Of a stretch of 64,000 nt of DNA, positions 1 through 12,500 are shown piece by piece; position 1 is the first letter of the stretch; every line of letters begins with the position of its first letter. The DNA is from Acidimicrobiia bacterium (lineage in GTDB: Bacteria; Actinomycetota; Acidimicrobiia; Spongiisociales; JAENVV01). Under the pieces are notes generated by a model that made no database searches, had not been told where the DNA came from, and saw only the letters and a list, made by a program, of their open reading frames with translations. The stretch lies in assembly GCA_041577335.1 (NCBI GenBank), contig JBFGJH010000005.1, positions 1 to 64,000 on the forward strand. The letters run 5' to 3'. A program made the position numbers and the translations under genes.

Positions 1-93
1 GAGTGGGAGTACCACCTCGTGCTCGTCGAACCTGAGCAACGAATTGGGGTCGGCGAGCAGAACACAGGTGTCGAGCACGAAAGCGTTGGTCAC
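1..93 (-). CDS. PhoH-family protein with N-terminal PIN domain (PhoH2-like), 5' end only; runs off the window
   Basis: Not in the ORF track. Manual translation from GTG at 93: MTNAFVLDTCVLLADPNSLLRFDEHEVVLPL, matching the PIN-PhoH start (VLDTxVLL.DP....F.EH.VVLP). AAGGGA lies upstream. Confidence 0.85.
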   Translation of the reverse strand, partial: MTNAFVLDTCVLLADPNSLLRFDEHEVVLPL

Positions 94-301
94 GTCGTGG
101 GATCCCTTGGTTGTGTGGCGTCAACCAAACACCGTGGGCGATTGGATTTCAAGGATTTACCCTCTACTAACGGTTGAAGGTTATCCCGCCGGAGGCTATC
201 GCCAGGCCTGGACGCCGCCGATTCGGGCAACTCGCCGCGGCTGAGCCTGCGACCTCTCCTGCGTTCGAGCGTGGATTTCCAACCTCACCCCGGAGGGAGC
301 A

Positions 302-1369
302 TCACGAAGCAAGGAGGTCGTCGAGAGCACTCGTCCATCGACCAATTACCGCATCCCACCCGAATTCTGCCTCTGCGTGGAGTCGGGCGGCTGCTCCGAT
401 AGTGGTGGCAGTCCCTTCCACATAGACCTGTTGTAGAACCGCGGTCAGCTCGTCGGTCGTTTCGGCCACCCACCCGGTCCTGCCCTCTACCACGGTCTCG
501 GGAGCACCCCCGCTCCGGCCGGCAATCACCGCCAGGCCGGAGGCAGCGGCTTCGAGGTACACGATGCCCAGACCCTCGACTTCGAGGCCGGCCCAGCGGG
601 TTCTGGCCGGCATGGCAAAGATGGACATCTCTCGATAGAGCTCGGGCAGGCGCTCCCATGGCACGTTCGTTTCAAACCGAACAGGCACCGCTGCGCCGGC
701 GGCGTGGCGCCGCAGCCGTCGCTCCAACCGTCCGCTGCCAACGATGAGCACTTCCACGGCACTCCCTCCCTGGTGGAGACGATCGGCCGCATCGATGACG
801 CGCTCGTGACCTTTGCGGGCAACGAAGCGACTCACGCAACCGATCACGAATTGCTCGGGCGGTCGTTGCGGCGGATGGAACGTCTCCAGATCGACGCCGG
901 CCCCCAGCCGAACAACCGGTCGATGAGCAGCTGCCTCGACCCGACGGCGGGTGAAGTCGCTCACCGCGAACACAACGTCGGCTCGCACGATCGGATCGAG
1001 CACAGCCTGGCGGATCACCGGAATGCGATCAGGAACGAGGAACTCGGCCCCGTGAGTCATGACCGCGTAAGGCACGCCGGTTGTCTGGGCGATCCTCGGT
1101 CCGAGGAGCGCCAACGGGTGAGGCGCGCCATACACGACGATGTCGGGAGTGAACCGTTCGATTTCGTCGAGTACCCACCGTCGGATGTCCGGCGTCGGCC
1201 ACATGAATCGATGTTGACTACGGCTGATGTGCGGCTCCGGTACCGCGGCGTCCTCGCGTGGAGCCAGGACCTGCACCGGGCCAGGATGGTTGGCAACCAG
1301 ATTGGCGAGGTACTGCTGGATGCCGCCCGGTTTCGGCGGATAGTCGTTGGTGACAAAGAGCGCTCGCAC
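302..1369 (-). CDS. GT4 glycosyltransferase, phosphatidylinositol mannosyltransferase (PimB'-like)
   Basis: N-terminal VTNDYPPKPGGIQ; EGLGIVYLEA (ExxGxxxxE); GRSGGAPETV. Confidence 0.85.
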   Translation of the reverse strand: MRALFVTNDYPPKPGGIQQYLANLVANHPGPVQVLAPREDAAVPEPHISRSQHRFMWPTPDIRRWVLDEIERFTPDIVVYGAPHPLALLGPRIAQTTGVPYAVMTHGAEFLVPDRIPVIRQAVLDPIVRADVVFAVSDFTRRRVEAAAHRPVVRLGAGVDLETFHPPQRPPEQFVIGCVSRFVARKGHERVIDAADRLHQGGSAVEVLIVGSGRLERRLRRHAAGAAVPVRFETNVPWERLPELYREMSIFAMPARTRWAGLEVEGLGIVYLEAAASGLAVIAGRSGGAPETVVEGRTGWVAETTDELTAVLQQVYVEGTATTIGAAARLHAEAEFGWDAVIGRWTSALDDLLAS

Positions 1370-1409
1370 ACCAGAATGGTAGGAGGAGCGCCGCCCTCTT
1401 TCGCCTGGC

Positions 1410-2075
1410 TCAGCCGAAGTCTGCTGCAGCGACGCCGTCCTCGCAGGCGACGGTCGTGATCCACTGGCTGCCGGACGTGGCGAACCGGACTTCGACCTTC
1501 TGTGGGCCGCGGTTGATCACCGTGACCGTGGCTCCGCCGGACGGCGATGCGCCTCCGAATCTCACTTTGTCAACGACGCAGGTAACCGTGACGATGCCGC
1601 CCGAGGACGTGAAACTGAACGGCCCGGTCTCCACGATTTCGCCTTCTCCTGGCAGGGTGGTCGTCGGGCTCGGCTGGGTCGTTGGGGTCGTCGTCGTCGG
1701 CGGCGACGGAGCGGGCTGCGTCTCGGTGGTGGGAGCCGAGGTCGTCGGTGGGGAGGTCGCCGGTGCCACAGTGGTCGAACTGTCTTCGGTCGAGTCCGGC
1801 CCGGAATCGGTGGAGGAGGGACTGGTGAAGCCACCAAATCGGCGATTCGGTGACGTCAGAGGGTCCTCGTCGAGAGGGATGCTCGGTTCGGGTTCCGTGG
1901 GATCGGGAACGGTAACGAGATCGGCGAGTGTCGTCGTCACCGACAAATTGACGACCCGGCCCGTGGGCTGGTCGGTTACCTGGTTGCCCACGAGTGCGAC
2001 GGCTCCGTATCCAACGAAACCGAGAGCGAGCGTAGCGACGAGCCACGCGCCGAGGAGCCCCACCCTTTTGATCAT
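1410..2075 (-). CDS. Membrane-anchored hypothetical protein with a Pro/Thr/Ser-rich linker and a small C-terminal beta domain with two Cys
   Basis: N-terminal hydrophobic helix, PT-rich tract, C-terminal SSGGIVTVTC...VEVRF...VAC; divergent from the response regulator. Confidence 0.7.
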   Translation of the reverse strand: MIKRVGLLGAWLVATLALGFVGYGAVALVGNQVTDQPTGRVVNLSVTTTLADLVTVPDPTEPEPSIPLDEDPLTSPNRRFGGFTSPSSTDSGPDSTEDSSTTVAPATSPPTTSAPTTETQPAPSPPTTTTPTTQPSPTTTLPGEGEIVETGPFSFTSSGGIVTVTCVVDKVRFGGASPSGGATVTVINRGPQKVEVRFATSGSQWITTVACEDGVAAADFG

Positions 2076-2188
2076 GCGAACAGTGTCGCATGATTGGTGG
2101 ATATCGGTGCCAATTCGAGGTTAAATCGGGCCTAAGGCCATCGACCGGATGGCCGAAACTGCCGCGAACCTCCTAGGCTCCCATCATC

Positions 2189-2878
2189 ATGGCAACCATC
2201 GTCGTCATAGAAGACGAAATGAAGGTCCGAGAGGCCATATCGCGAAGCTTGGCAAGCCTCGGACACAGCGTCGAGACTGCTGCGACGGGTATCACCGGCC
2301 TCGAGATGACCGTCAACACTGCCCCCGATCTCGTCGTGCTCGATCTGGGTCTCCCCGATGTGGAGGGAGAAGAGATCTTGAAGATGATCCGAGCGGTGTC
2401 GGCCGTGCCCGTGATCATCGCTACGGCACAGGACGATGAGGCCGAAGTCGTGCGTCTCCTCAACAGTGGGGCCGATGACTACGTGATCAAGCCATTCTCA
2501 GGGCCACACCTCGACGCAAGGATCAGAGCGGTGTTGCGCCGCAACGAGGAGTCGACTGGCGACGGGGCATTGATTGTCATCGGCGACCTCACCGTCGACC
2601 GCCGCGGCCGAACGGCCGAGATGGCCGGCCGAGCGCTTGAGCTGACCCGCAAGGAATTCGACGTCCTCGCCTTCCTCGCCGAGCGGCCCGACACGGTGGT
2701 CTCCAAGCGAGAGCTACTCGCCGAGGTATGGCGGCAACCTTACGGTGGCGCCGACAAGACGGTCGAAGTTCACCTTTCGTGGCTCCGCAAGAAGCTGGGT
2801 GAATCGGCGAGTGAGCCACGCTACCTCCATACAGTGCGCGGAGTAGGCGTGAAACTGCAAGCTCCCGAAGGGCCATGA
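2189..2878 (+). CDS. OmpR/PhoB-family response regulator
   Basis: VIEDE, LDLGLPD, GADDYVIKPF, and winged helix LTRKEF...LRKKL...TVRGVG. Confidence 0.95.
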   Translation: MATIVVIEDEMKVREAISRSLASLGHSVETAATGITGLEMTVNTAPDLVVLDLGLPDVEGEEILKMIRAVSAVPVIIATAQDDEAEVVRLLNSGADDYVIKPFSGPHLDARIRAVLRRNEESTGDGALIVIGDLTVDRRGRTAEMAGRALELTRKEFDVLAFLAERPDTVVSKRELLAEVWRQPYGGADKTVEVHLSWLRKKLGESASEPRYLHTVRGVGVKLQAPEGP

Positions 2879-4137
2879 GATCTGCCGTTGTGTGGCTCGC
2901 AGTTGCGGTCACTTCCATGGTGGTCATGGCTTTCATCTTGCCGCTGGCGCTCCTGGTGCAGGACCTCGCCCATGACAGGGCGATCGTCCGCCTCGAGCGG
3001 GAAGCGCAAACCTTGGCGACCGCCATAGCCATCTTCCAGCCGGAAACCGTCGCCGAAGTCGATCAGATCAGAAACCAATCGCTCGGGCTACAGCCTATGA
3101 CCGTGGTGCTACCAGACGGCGGGGTGTCGGGCCCCGACCCGGCCAGCCAGCGCCTCGTGCTACAAGTCCGCTTGAGTGCCCAGACCGAACGGGGAGAGAT
3201 CGACGGCGGCGAGGCCGTCGCCGTCCCGGTCATCGTTGACGAGTCGGCGTTCGTCGTGACGACCTTCGCGACCGACGCCGAGCTCAGCGAAAACGTCGCT
3301 CGGGCGTGGGTTGTGCTGGCCGGCCTGGCCGTCATCTCGATTCTTCTGGCGGGTCTCATTGCCGCTCGGCTGGGGAACAACGTCGTGACCGCCGTCACCG
3401 AGCTTTCCGGTGCGGCCCGGGCACTGAGCCGCGGCCAGCTGAACGCCCGAGTCACCCCTGCCGGGCCGCGGGAGATCGCCGAAACCGGCACAGCCTTCAA
3501 CCTCATGGCCGAACGGATCTCAGCGCTGATTCGAGGCGAGCGAGAGCAGGTCGCCAACCTCTCGCACCGGCTGCGCACGCCGCTCACATCGCTCGAGCTC
3601 AATGTCGACCAAGTGACGGACGAAGCCACGCGCAACCGGTTGATCGACGACGTCGACGAAATGAAGCGAACAGTTGATGCCGTCATCAAACAGGCTCGAC
3701 GTCCGATCCGTCAGGGAGCCGGCGTGTCTTCAAACCTCGGGCAGATCGTCAAGGATCGCGTTGGATTCTGGTCTCCGCTTGCCGAGGAACAAGGCAGGCA
3801 GTGGAAGGTCAAGGTCGATCCGAACGTCATCGTATCCGTTCCCGAATCAGATGTCGTTGCGGTCATCGACGCGCTGTTGACCAATGTGTTCGCCCATACC
3901 GATGAGGGCGCCGCCTTCGCAGTCAGAGTCACCGAAGCCGGCACCCTGGAGGTCCACGACGCCGGTAGAGGTTTCTCCGCAGCCTTCGTAGAACGTGGCG
4001 TGAGCGGGGGAGGCTCCACGGGGTTGGGACTGGATATCGTCCGCCAGACCGCCGAAGCGGAAGGGGGCTCTCTGTCCGTTGGAACCTCCCCCTTGGGGGG
4101 AGCAAAGCTCTCGGTGGTCTTCACTCCCCAGGGTTAG
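2875..4137 (+). CDS. HAMP-domain sensor histidine kinase
   Basis: Two TM helices, HAMP, H-box LSHRLRTPLT, N-box LLTNVFAH, DAGRG and GLGLDIV boxes; ATGA overlap with the regulator. Confidence 0.93.
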   Translation: MRSAVVWLAVAVTSMVVMAFILPLALLVQDLAHDRAIVRLEREAQTLATAIAIFQPETVAEVDQIRNQSLGLQPMTVVLPDGGVSGPDPASQRLVLQVRLSAQTERGEIDGGEAVAVPVIVDESAFVVTTFATDAELSENVARAWVVLAGLAVISILLAGLIAARLGNNVVTAVTELSGAARALSRGQLNARVTPAGPREIAETGTAFNLMAERISALIRGEREQVANLSHRLRTPLTSLELNVDQVTDEATRNRLIDDVDEMKRTVDAVIKQARRPIRQGAGVSSNLGQIVKDRVGFWSPLAEEQGRQWKVKVDPNVIVSVPESDVVAVIDALLTNVFAHTDEGAAFAVRVTEAGTLEVHDAGRGFSAAFVERGVSGGGSTGLGLDIVRQTAEAEGGSLSVGTSPLGGAKLSVVFTPQG

Positions 4138-4154
4138 CCATTGTCGACAGGCGA

Positions 4155-4580
4155 CTAGTCGTCTGTGGAATCGTCGTCGGCAGAATCGTCGTCGGCAGAG
4201 TCGTCGTCGTCCGAATCGTCGTCGTCGGACGAGTCGTCGTCAATGTCATCGACCGTTGTCGGGACCGAGGTGTCGGTGGACTCCGAGTCATCGTCGTCGT
4301 CATCGGGGATGCTCACATCAGGCATCGAGTCGTCCGGAATCGAGTCGTCCGGAAGGGTCACATCCGGGGTCGAAGAGTCCGGGGTGCTCGTGTCAGGCGC
4401 CGTATCCCCGGGAACCGAGTCATCAGGAACCGAGTCATCAGGAACCGAGTCATCAGGAACCGAGTCGGTCGTCGGCGTCACCTGAGCGGCAACGGTGTTG
4501 GCGCCCTCGATAGCTAGCGCGAATCCGCCGACCATCAAGGCGATCAACACCACCGCTGCAATCGTCAATAGCTTTCTCAT
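4155..4580 (-). CDS. Small exported, very acidic Asp/Ser/Pro-rich repeat protein
   Basis: Signal-like MRKLLTIAAVVLIALMVGGFALA, then (DDSVP)n and (DDDSx)n; GGGAG upstream of ATG 4580. Confidence 0.7.
   Translation of the reverse strand: MRKLLTIAAVVLIALMVGGFALAIEGANTVAAQVTPTTDSVPDDSVPDDSVPDDSVPGDTAPDTSTPDSSTPDVTLPDDSIPDDSMPDVSIPDDDDDDSESTDTSVPTTVDDIDDDSSDDDDSDDDDSADDDSADDDSTDD
4411..4466. repeat. 15-bp tandem repeat GGAACCGAGTCATCA, about 3.7 copies (encodes DDSVP)
   Basis: Exact copies at 4411, 4426 and 4441, partial copy at 4456. Confidence 0.95.
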
Positions 4581-4673
4581 TGCCACTCCCTAAGTCGAGT
4601 ACGGACATCATGCCCCCACCATGGTTGGCAACTGGGCAACGCAAGGTAAAGGGAAGGAAAAAGCGAGGAACGC

Positions 4674-5897
4674 CTAGAAGGCGTCGAGGTGGGCTGCCAC
4701 GCCGTAGCTGTGAAGCCTCGGCCCTTTGGCGCCAATTACGACTTCCGAAAGGCCGGTATTCGGAAGCAGGCCGGTCGCTCGAAACCGCTCGTACGTTCCG
4801 CCGAGCACGGAGACGACATATGCCCTGATCGCCGAACCATGTGACACCACCGTCAGATCACCGGGCTCGTTCGCCACGATCTCGCTGACCGTTGCCTCCA
4901 TCCGTCTGATGAGGTCGTCGACCGACTCCCCCGTTACGCCTCGTCGCTCGTCCGCATCACCTTCGTAGATGCTCTTGAACAGGTCGGGCCAGCCTTCTTT
5001 GATGGCATCGACGCCCAAGTTCTCCCAGAGGCCCATCGACATCTCCATCAGGCCGACGTGACTCGCGGGCGCCGATCCGTTGAGAGCCGACGCTGTCTGA
5101 AGCGCCCGACCGAGCGGCGACGACACCACCCGCCCCGGGTCGCCGTACCAAGAAGCCAGCGTTGTCGCTTGGATCCGACCATGGTCGTTGAGACCCCAGT
5201 CGGTCTGCCCCTGCCAGATCTGACGAACGTTTGCATCTGTTTGCCCATGCCGCACGAGCGTTACCACCCGGTCGCCTGCGACGAGGTCTTTCAACCCTGT
5301 TCCGCGGCCCAGGTGACCGGCATCGTTGTAGGACGCCAGCCGCCATGCCCCGAAGCGATACTCGAACGTTGCCAGGGAGGTGTTGAGGACCGATGACATC
5401 TGCCGGTTGGGAAAGGACATGCCCCAATGGCTCGACACCAACGACCAAATCACCCCGCCGTGAGTGACGACGAGAGCCGACTGCTCGTCGTCGAGTTGTC
5501 CGGCAAGAGCATCGAATGCGGCCTGGACACGGGCGGAGAAGCCCCGGAGCGTCTCTCCTGTCTTTCCGAGCGGCACAGCTTCGCCTCGGCGCATGGCCAA
5601 AACGGTCTCCTGGTCCTCGGCCCACACTTCTTCGTGGGTCCGGCCGGCCCAGTCCCCTACGTCGATCTCACGCCAAGCGGGATTGGGGACAGCATCGACA
5701 CTGGCAAGCTCGGCGGTCTCCTCTGCCCGGGCGAGGTCGGAGCTGATGACCAGGTCGAATGGGTCGGAGGCGAACCGAGCACGCAACGCGCGGGCCTGGT
5801 CCTTCCCGGTATCTGAGAGTTCACCGGCAAGATGGCCCTGCCACATACGAACGGCGTTGTGGGTGGTCTCGCCGTGTCTCAGGAGAGTAATCCGCAT
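4674..5897 (-). CDS. Histidine phosphatase (phosphoglycerate mutase family) with two tandem domains
   Basis: Two RHG motifs (LLRHGET, LVRHGQT), each followed by SSxLxRA and VxHG; start at ATG 5897, 7 nt from TACCTT. Confidence 0.88.
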   Translation of the reverse strand: MRITLLRHGETTHNAVRMWQGHLAGELSDTGKDQARALRARFASDPFDLVISSDLARAEETAELASVDAVPNPAWREIDVGDWAGRTHEEVWAEDQETVLAMRRGEAVPLGKTGETLRGFSARVQAAFDALAGQLDDEQSALVVTHGGVIWSLVSSHWGMSFPNRQMSSVLNTSLATFEYRFGAWRLASYNDAGHLGRGTGLKDLVAGDRVVTLVRHGQTDANVRQIWQGQTDWGLNDHGRIQATTLASWYGDPGRVVSSPLGRALQTASALNGSAPASHVGLMEMSMGLWENLGVDAIKEGWPDLFKSIYEGDADERRGVTGESVDDLIRRMEATVSEIVANEPGDLTVVSHGSAIRAYVVSVLGGTYERFRATGLLPNTGLSEVVIGAKGPRLHSYGVAAHLDAF

Positions 5898-5931
5898 CGG
5901 CGCAAAGGTAGCCGCCGGCATGGAGTAATCC

Positions 5932-5965
5932 GAAAAGCGAGGGGGCCGCCACGGCGGCCCCCTCG
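5932..5965 (-). terminator. Intrinsic terminator after hppA
   Basis: Perfect 12-bp stem CGAGGGGGCCGC/GCGGCCCCCTCG with a 4-nt loop, followed by CTTTT on the minus strand. Confidence 0.8.
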
Positions 5966-5987
5966 ACGGTACTTCGGGTCGGCGCGC

Positions 5988-8051
<2,064 letters not shown>

Positions 8052-8176
8052 GTAAGCGATTCTCCCGTGTCTGGAAACCGGCGGCAGTATACGCAGGGGA
8101 TTCGCGCACTCGAATTTGACGGGCTCGCGGAGGGAAGCCTTACATGCTCCTTTCCCCTCCGGGAGGACCCACCATC

Positions 8177-9397
8177 GTGATTCGACGTCCCGTGCTCGCC
8201 GTCGTTGTGATCGTCCTGGCTGCCACCGTGGCATGCTCGAGCGAGCCTGAGGCAACGGAACCTTCCACGGCTGCGACGACGCTTGTCCCCGCCTCCACCG
8301 AGCCGGCGCCGACAACGACGGCTCCACCCACCGTCACGATCCGCGGCGCGTCATTCCGCGGCGACCTGAGCGACCAGCTGGTTGCGATCTACTCGGTGGC
8401 GATGGGCATGCCGGGTGAGTTGAGAGCCGACGACCTGCTGGTCGAGCACATTTCGTCAGCGGGCCTGGCTCCGCAAGACAGAGATATATCGGTCGAGTTC
8501 TCCGCGGCCGGGGCATTTGAAAAGAGAGTGGGGGTCGTCGTCGCCGGGGACGATGTGATTCTTGCCACCCGCGAGATCGACGGCACCGATTGGACCATCA
8601 TCGGCGCTTCCCTTCCCAGCTTGGGCCTCGAGCCGTGGTTCGGGGCCGACCCCCACCAACTCTTCATCATCGGATCCGATGCCAGGACCCCCCAAGATCC
8701 CCTCATGCTGCGGGCAGACTCGCTCCACATCGTGTCGGTCGCTCCGGACGGCTCATCCGCATCGATCGTGGGCATTCCGCGCGACTCTTGGGTCGAGACG
8801 CCGTATGGCGGAAGTAACAAGATCACCAACATCATGGCGGGCCGTGGCCCCGAAGTGGTCACCGAAGCGGCTGAGGACAGGTCGGGGGTCGAGTTCGATG
8901 GCTACATCGTGACCGCTTTCGCCGGTTTTGTCCGGCTCGTCAACGACCTCGGCGGGCTGACCATCGACATACCGTTTGCCATGAACGAGCCCAAGTCAGA
9001 TGCGTACTTCGACGCCGGAGTGCAGATGATCGACGGGTCCCAGGCGCTGGCCTTCGCACGCAACCGTACCTTGGCAGGAGGCGACTTGACTCGTTCCTTC
9101 CATCAGGGCGTGCTCATGCAATGGGGCCTCCTTGCCCTCCAAGAGCAGGGACCACTGGCGATCCCCCTCTTTCTCGACGCGCTCGACAAGCACACCTTCA
9201 CCAATCTGACGGCCGAGCAACTCATGCTCGTGACAGCAGCAGCTCTCGCCCAGGAGGATCCACTGCAAGTCCCCAATCTGGTGGTTCCGGCGTCGGTCGG
9301 CTCGGTCGGATCGGCGTCGGTGGTCTTCTTGGGTGACGGTGCCACAGCGGTCTTCACAGATCTCCACGACGGAGTTCTCGACTCAGCTCCCGAGTGA
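8177..9397 (+). CDS. LytR-CpsA-Psr (LCP) family lipoprotein
   Basis: Lipobox-like TVAC; IIGSDAR, RADSL, IPRDSWV, KIT, ALAFARNR, GDLTR. GTG start after GGAGG. Confidence 0.85.
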   Translation: MIRRPVLAVVVIVLAATVACSSEPEATEPSTAATTLVPASTEPAPTTTAPPTVTIRGASFRGDLSDQLVAIYSVAMGMPGELRADDLLVEHISSAGLAPQDRDISVEFSAAGAFEKRVGVVVAGDDVILATREIDGTDWTIIGASLPSLGLEPWFGADPHQLFIIGSDARTPQDPLMLRADSLHIVSVAPDGSSASIVGIPRDSWVETPYGGSNKITNIMAGRGPEVVTEAAEDRSGVEFDGYIVTAFAGFVRLVNDLGGLTIDIPFAMNEPKSDAYFDAGVQMIDGSQALAFARNRTLAGGDLTRSFHQGVLMQWGLLALQEQGPLAIPLFLDALDKHTFTNLTAEQLMLVTAAALAQEDPLQVPNLVVPASVGSVGSASVVFLGDGATAVFTDLHDGVLDSAPE

Positions 9398-9536
9398 ACA
9401 CCAGTCACGGCGACGGCGGCACGAAGGAGCGCAGGCATACGGTCGGTGCCCCGGCTGATCAACGCCCAACTCGACGAGCGTGAGTTCGATGATGGCCGTT
9501 GGCGGCCGTCAGCAACTAGCGTGAGTCCACACGACT

Positions 9537-12500
9537 GTGCAAACCCAAGACTCAGAGACAGCCATCGAGGAGCTCCTCGAACACCTTGCCCAACCGAGCG
9601 GTTCCGCTCCCGGTGTGTTGGTCGACTTCGCACGCAGCTACTTCCGGCGTGTCCCGGCTGACTACCGAGCGAGTGTCTCCGCCGATCTGCTCTGCGGCCA
9701 GGTCCGATCGGTGTTCGAGTTTGCTCGCTTGCGGCGCGGTCACGACGTAGCCGTGCGAGTCTTCACGCCCGACCTTGCCGTACACGGGTATCAAACACCG
9801 GGGAGCGTCGTCGAGGTCATCGCCCCCGACATGTCGTTCTTGGTGGACTCGGTGACCAACGAGATCCGCGAACGAGGGCTCACGATCGAGCAGGTGATTC
9901 ACCCTGTGATGGGCGTGATCCGCAATGCCGCCGGCGAGCTCGATCAAGTGCTTCCTGCTCGAAAGACCGATCAACGTGAGTCGGTACAGCACTACGAAAT
10001 CGAAAGCCGTCTTTCGCCTGAAGAGGCGGACGACCTTGCGGCAGGAATTCGTGCCGTGCTCGGCGACGTTCGGCTGGCGGTTCGAGACTTCGAGCCGATG
10101 CGGCAGATCATCACGCGCATGGTCGAGATCACGCGACGGGGAACAACCAGATATGACACCGAAGAGGTCGCCGAGAGCGTCGACTTCTTGGAGTGGCTGC
10201 TCGACGACAACTTCGTCTTCCTCGGATACCGGGAGTACGCGATCAGCGCGACTGATCGAGGCCCGGCACTCGCGGCGATTCCCAACAGCGGGCTGGGCAT
10301 CCTCGCGAGGCACGGAGACTCGCAGGTGTCATCACCTGTTCTACTCGCCGACCTCCCGCCGGCTCTGCAGGAACGCTACGAGACCGGGTATCTCGTCGTC
10401 GTGACGAAAACCAATGCAGTATCACGAGTCCATAGGCGCGCCAAGATGGACTACATCGGTGTCAGGGTCATCGACGATGACGGCTCGGTAGTCGGCGAGG
10501 CCCGGCTTCTTGGTTTGTTCACATCAAAGGCCTACATGACGCCTGCCGAGGCGATCCCCATCCTTCGTCGCAAGCTTCTTCAGGTGCTCGAAGCCGAGGA
10601 CGTGATGTCGGGTTCACACCTCCACAAGGAGATCGTGCAGATATTCGACAGCTTCCCCAAAGAAGAGCTCTTCGCCACCCCCCAAGAAGACATCCGCCAG
10701 AGCATCGTCGGGCTCGTCAATCTGCAGGAACGAGAGCAGGTGCGGCTGTTCGTGAGAAAAGATCTGTTGAGCCGCAACATTTCCCTGCTGGTGGTCGTGC
10801 CTCGCGACCGGTTCGACGCTGACCTGCGGATGGCGATCCACGACCACATCAAGAGGCGATTCGATGGCGCAAGCGTCGACTATCGGTTGGCGCTCGCTGA
10901 GACGGGAACCGCTCGCGTTCATTTCACAGTGTGGTTGGGCGACGCCCAGTCGCTCGAAGTGCCATTCGAAGAGTTGGAATCCGAGATCCTGAAACTGAGC
11001 AGGACATGGGAAGAGGACATCGAAGAAAGGCTCGTCGACAGGCTGGGCCCCGATCGTGGCCTCGAGCTGGCGCGCCGCTGGAATCACCGTTTTCCCTCGT
11101 ACTACCGGTCGTCGACCGACCACGCCGTGACCGTAGGCGACATGCTGCAGCTCGATGAGCTCGACAGCAGCAACGAATCGCTCGTTGTCGGGGTGCAACA
11201 GGAGCAGAGCGTCACCGAGTCACTGACCAGGGTGGCGGTCTACAAATCGGGCGCCAAGTTGGAGCTGTCGGCGATCATGCCGACGCTTGAGCACTTCGGC
11301 CTACGCGTCGTCGAGGAAGTACCCACCCGACTCCACGGCGATCCCACGATGTTCATACACGACTTCGGCGTTCTCGGTGCCGATGGCGTGCCACTCGACG
11401 TGGATCGTTGCGGCCGCCGTGTGGCCGCCACGGTGAAAGCGGTCCTCGCCGGGGACGCCGAATCAGACACGCTCAATCCGCTCATCATTTCCGGCGGGCT
11501 CGACCACCATCAGGTGGCGATCCTGCGCGCCTACCGGGTGTACTGGCAGCGAGTCGGAACGGGCTTCACCAACGCCTACCTGGATAAGGCGTTTCTTGCC
11601 CACCCTGAGATCGCTGCCGACCTCGTCCGATTGTTCGAGGCACGGTTCCGCCTTGACGAAGAGAGCTGGAGGGAAGAGGGGGAGCTCGTCAACCGGATTG
11701 CCGTCGCGCTCGACGATGTTCAATCCCTCGACCACGACCGTATTCTCCGGGCGTTCTTGGGCATGATCATCGCCACCGTCCGCACCAATGCTTTTCAGCC
11801 GAATCGCAGCCGCCTCGTGCTCAAATTCGATTCGGCCAAGGTGCCTGGTATGCCGGCGCCGGCGCCGGCGTTCGAGATATTCGTCTATGCACCGGATGTC
11901 GAAGGCATCCACCTCCGGGGCGGCCGCATCTCCCGCGGGGGCCTTCGCTGGTCGGTCAGGCGTGAGGACTATCGCTCCGAGGTGCTTGGCCTCATGAAGG
12001 CGCAGATGACGAAGAATGCCGTCATTGTCCCGACGGGAGCGAAGGGCGGGTTTGTGCTGCGTCGATCTGAGGGGGACTCGCCCAGCCATGACGAAGTCCG
12101 GGCCGCGTACGCGACTTTCGTGCGTGGCCTCCTCGACGTCACCGACAACCTCGTGGCCGGGGCGGTGGTACATCCGCCGGACGTGCGAGTCCATGACGAC
12201 GCCGATCCGTATCTGGTGGTCGCTGCCGACCGGGGCACCGCCACCTTCTCCAATCTGGCCAACGACATCGCTGCGGAATACGGCTTCTGGCTCGACGACG
12301 CATTCGCATCGGGAGGCTCGGAGGGATACGACCACAAGGCACTCGGCATAACCGCCAAGGGGGCATGGGAGTCAGTCCGTCGCCACTTCCGCGAAGAGGG
12401 CATCGACCCTGAGACCACCCCTTTCACGGTGGTGGGCATCGGAGACATGTCTGGCGACGTGTTCGGCAACGGCATGCTGGAGACCGACCAGATGCAGCTC

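Noticed and set aside
4155..4470. Periodic repeats as a possible CRISPR array
   Set aside because: Contiguous 15-bp coding repeats with no unique spacers and no cas genes.
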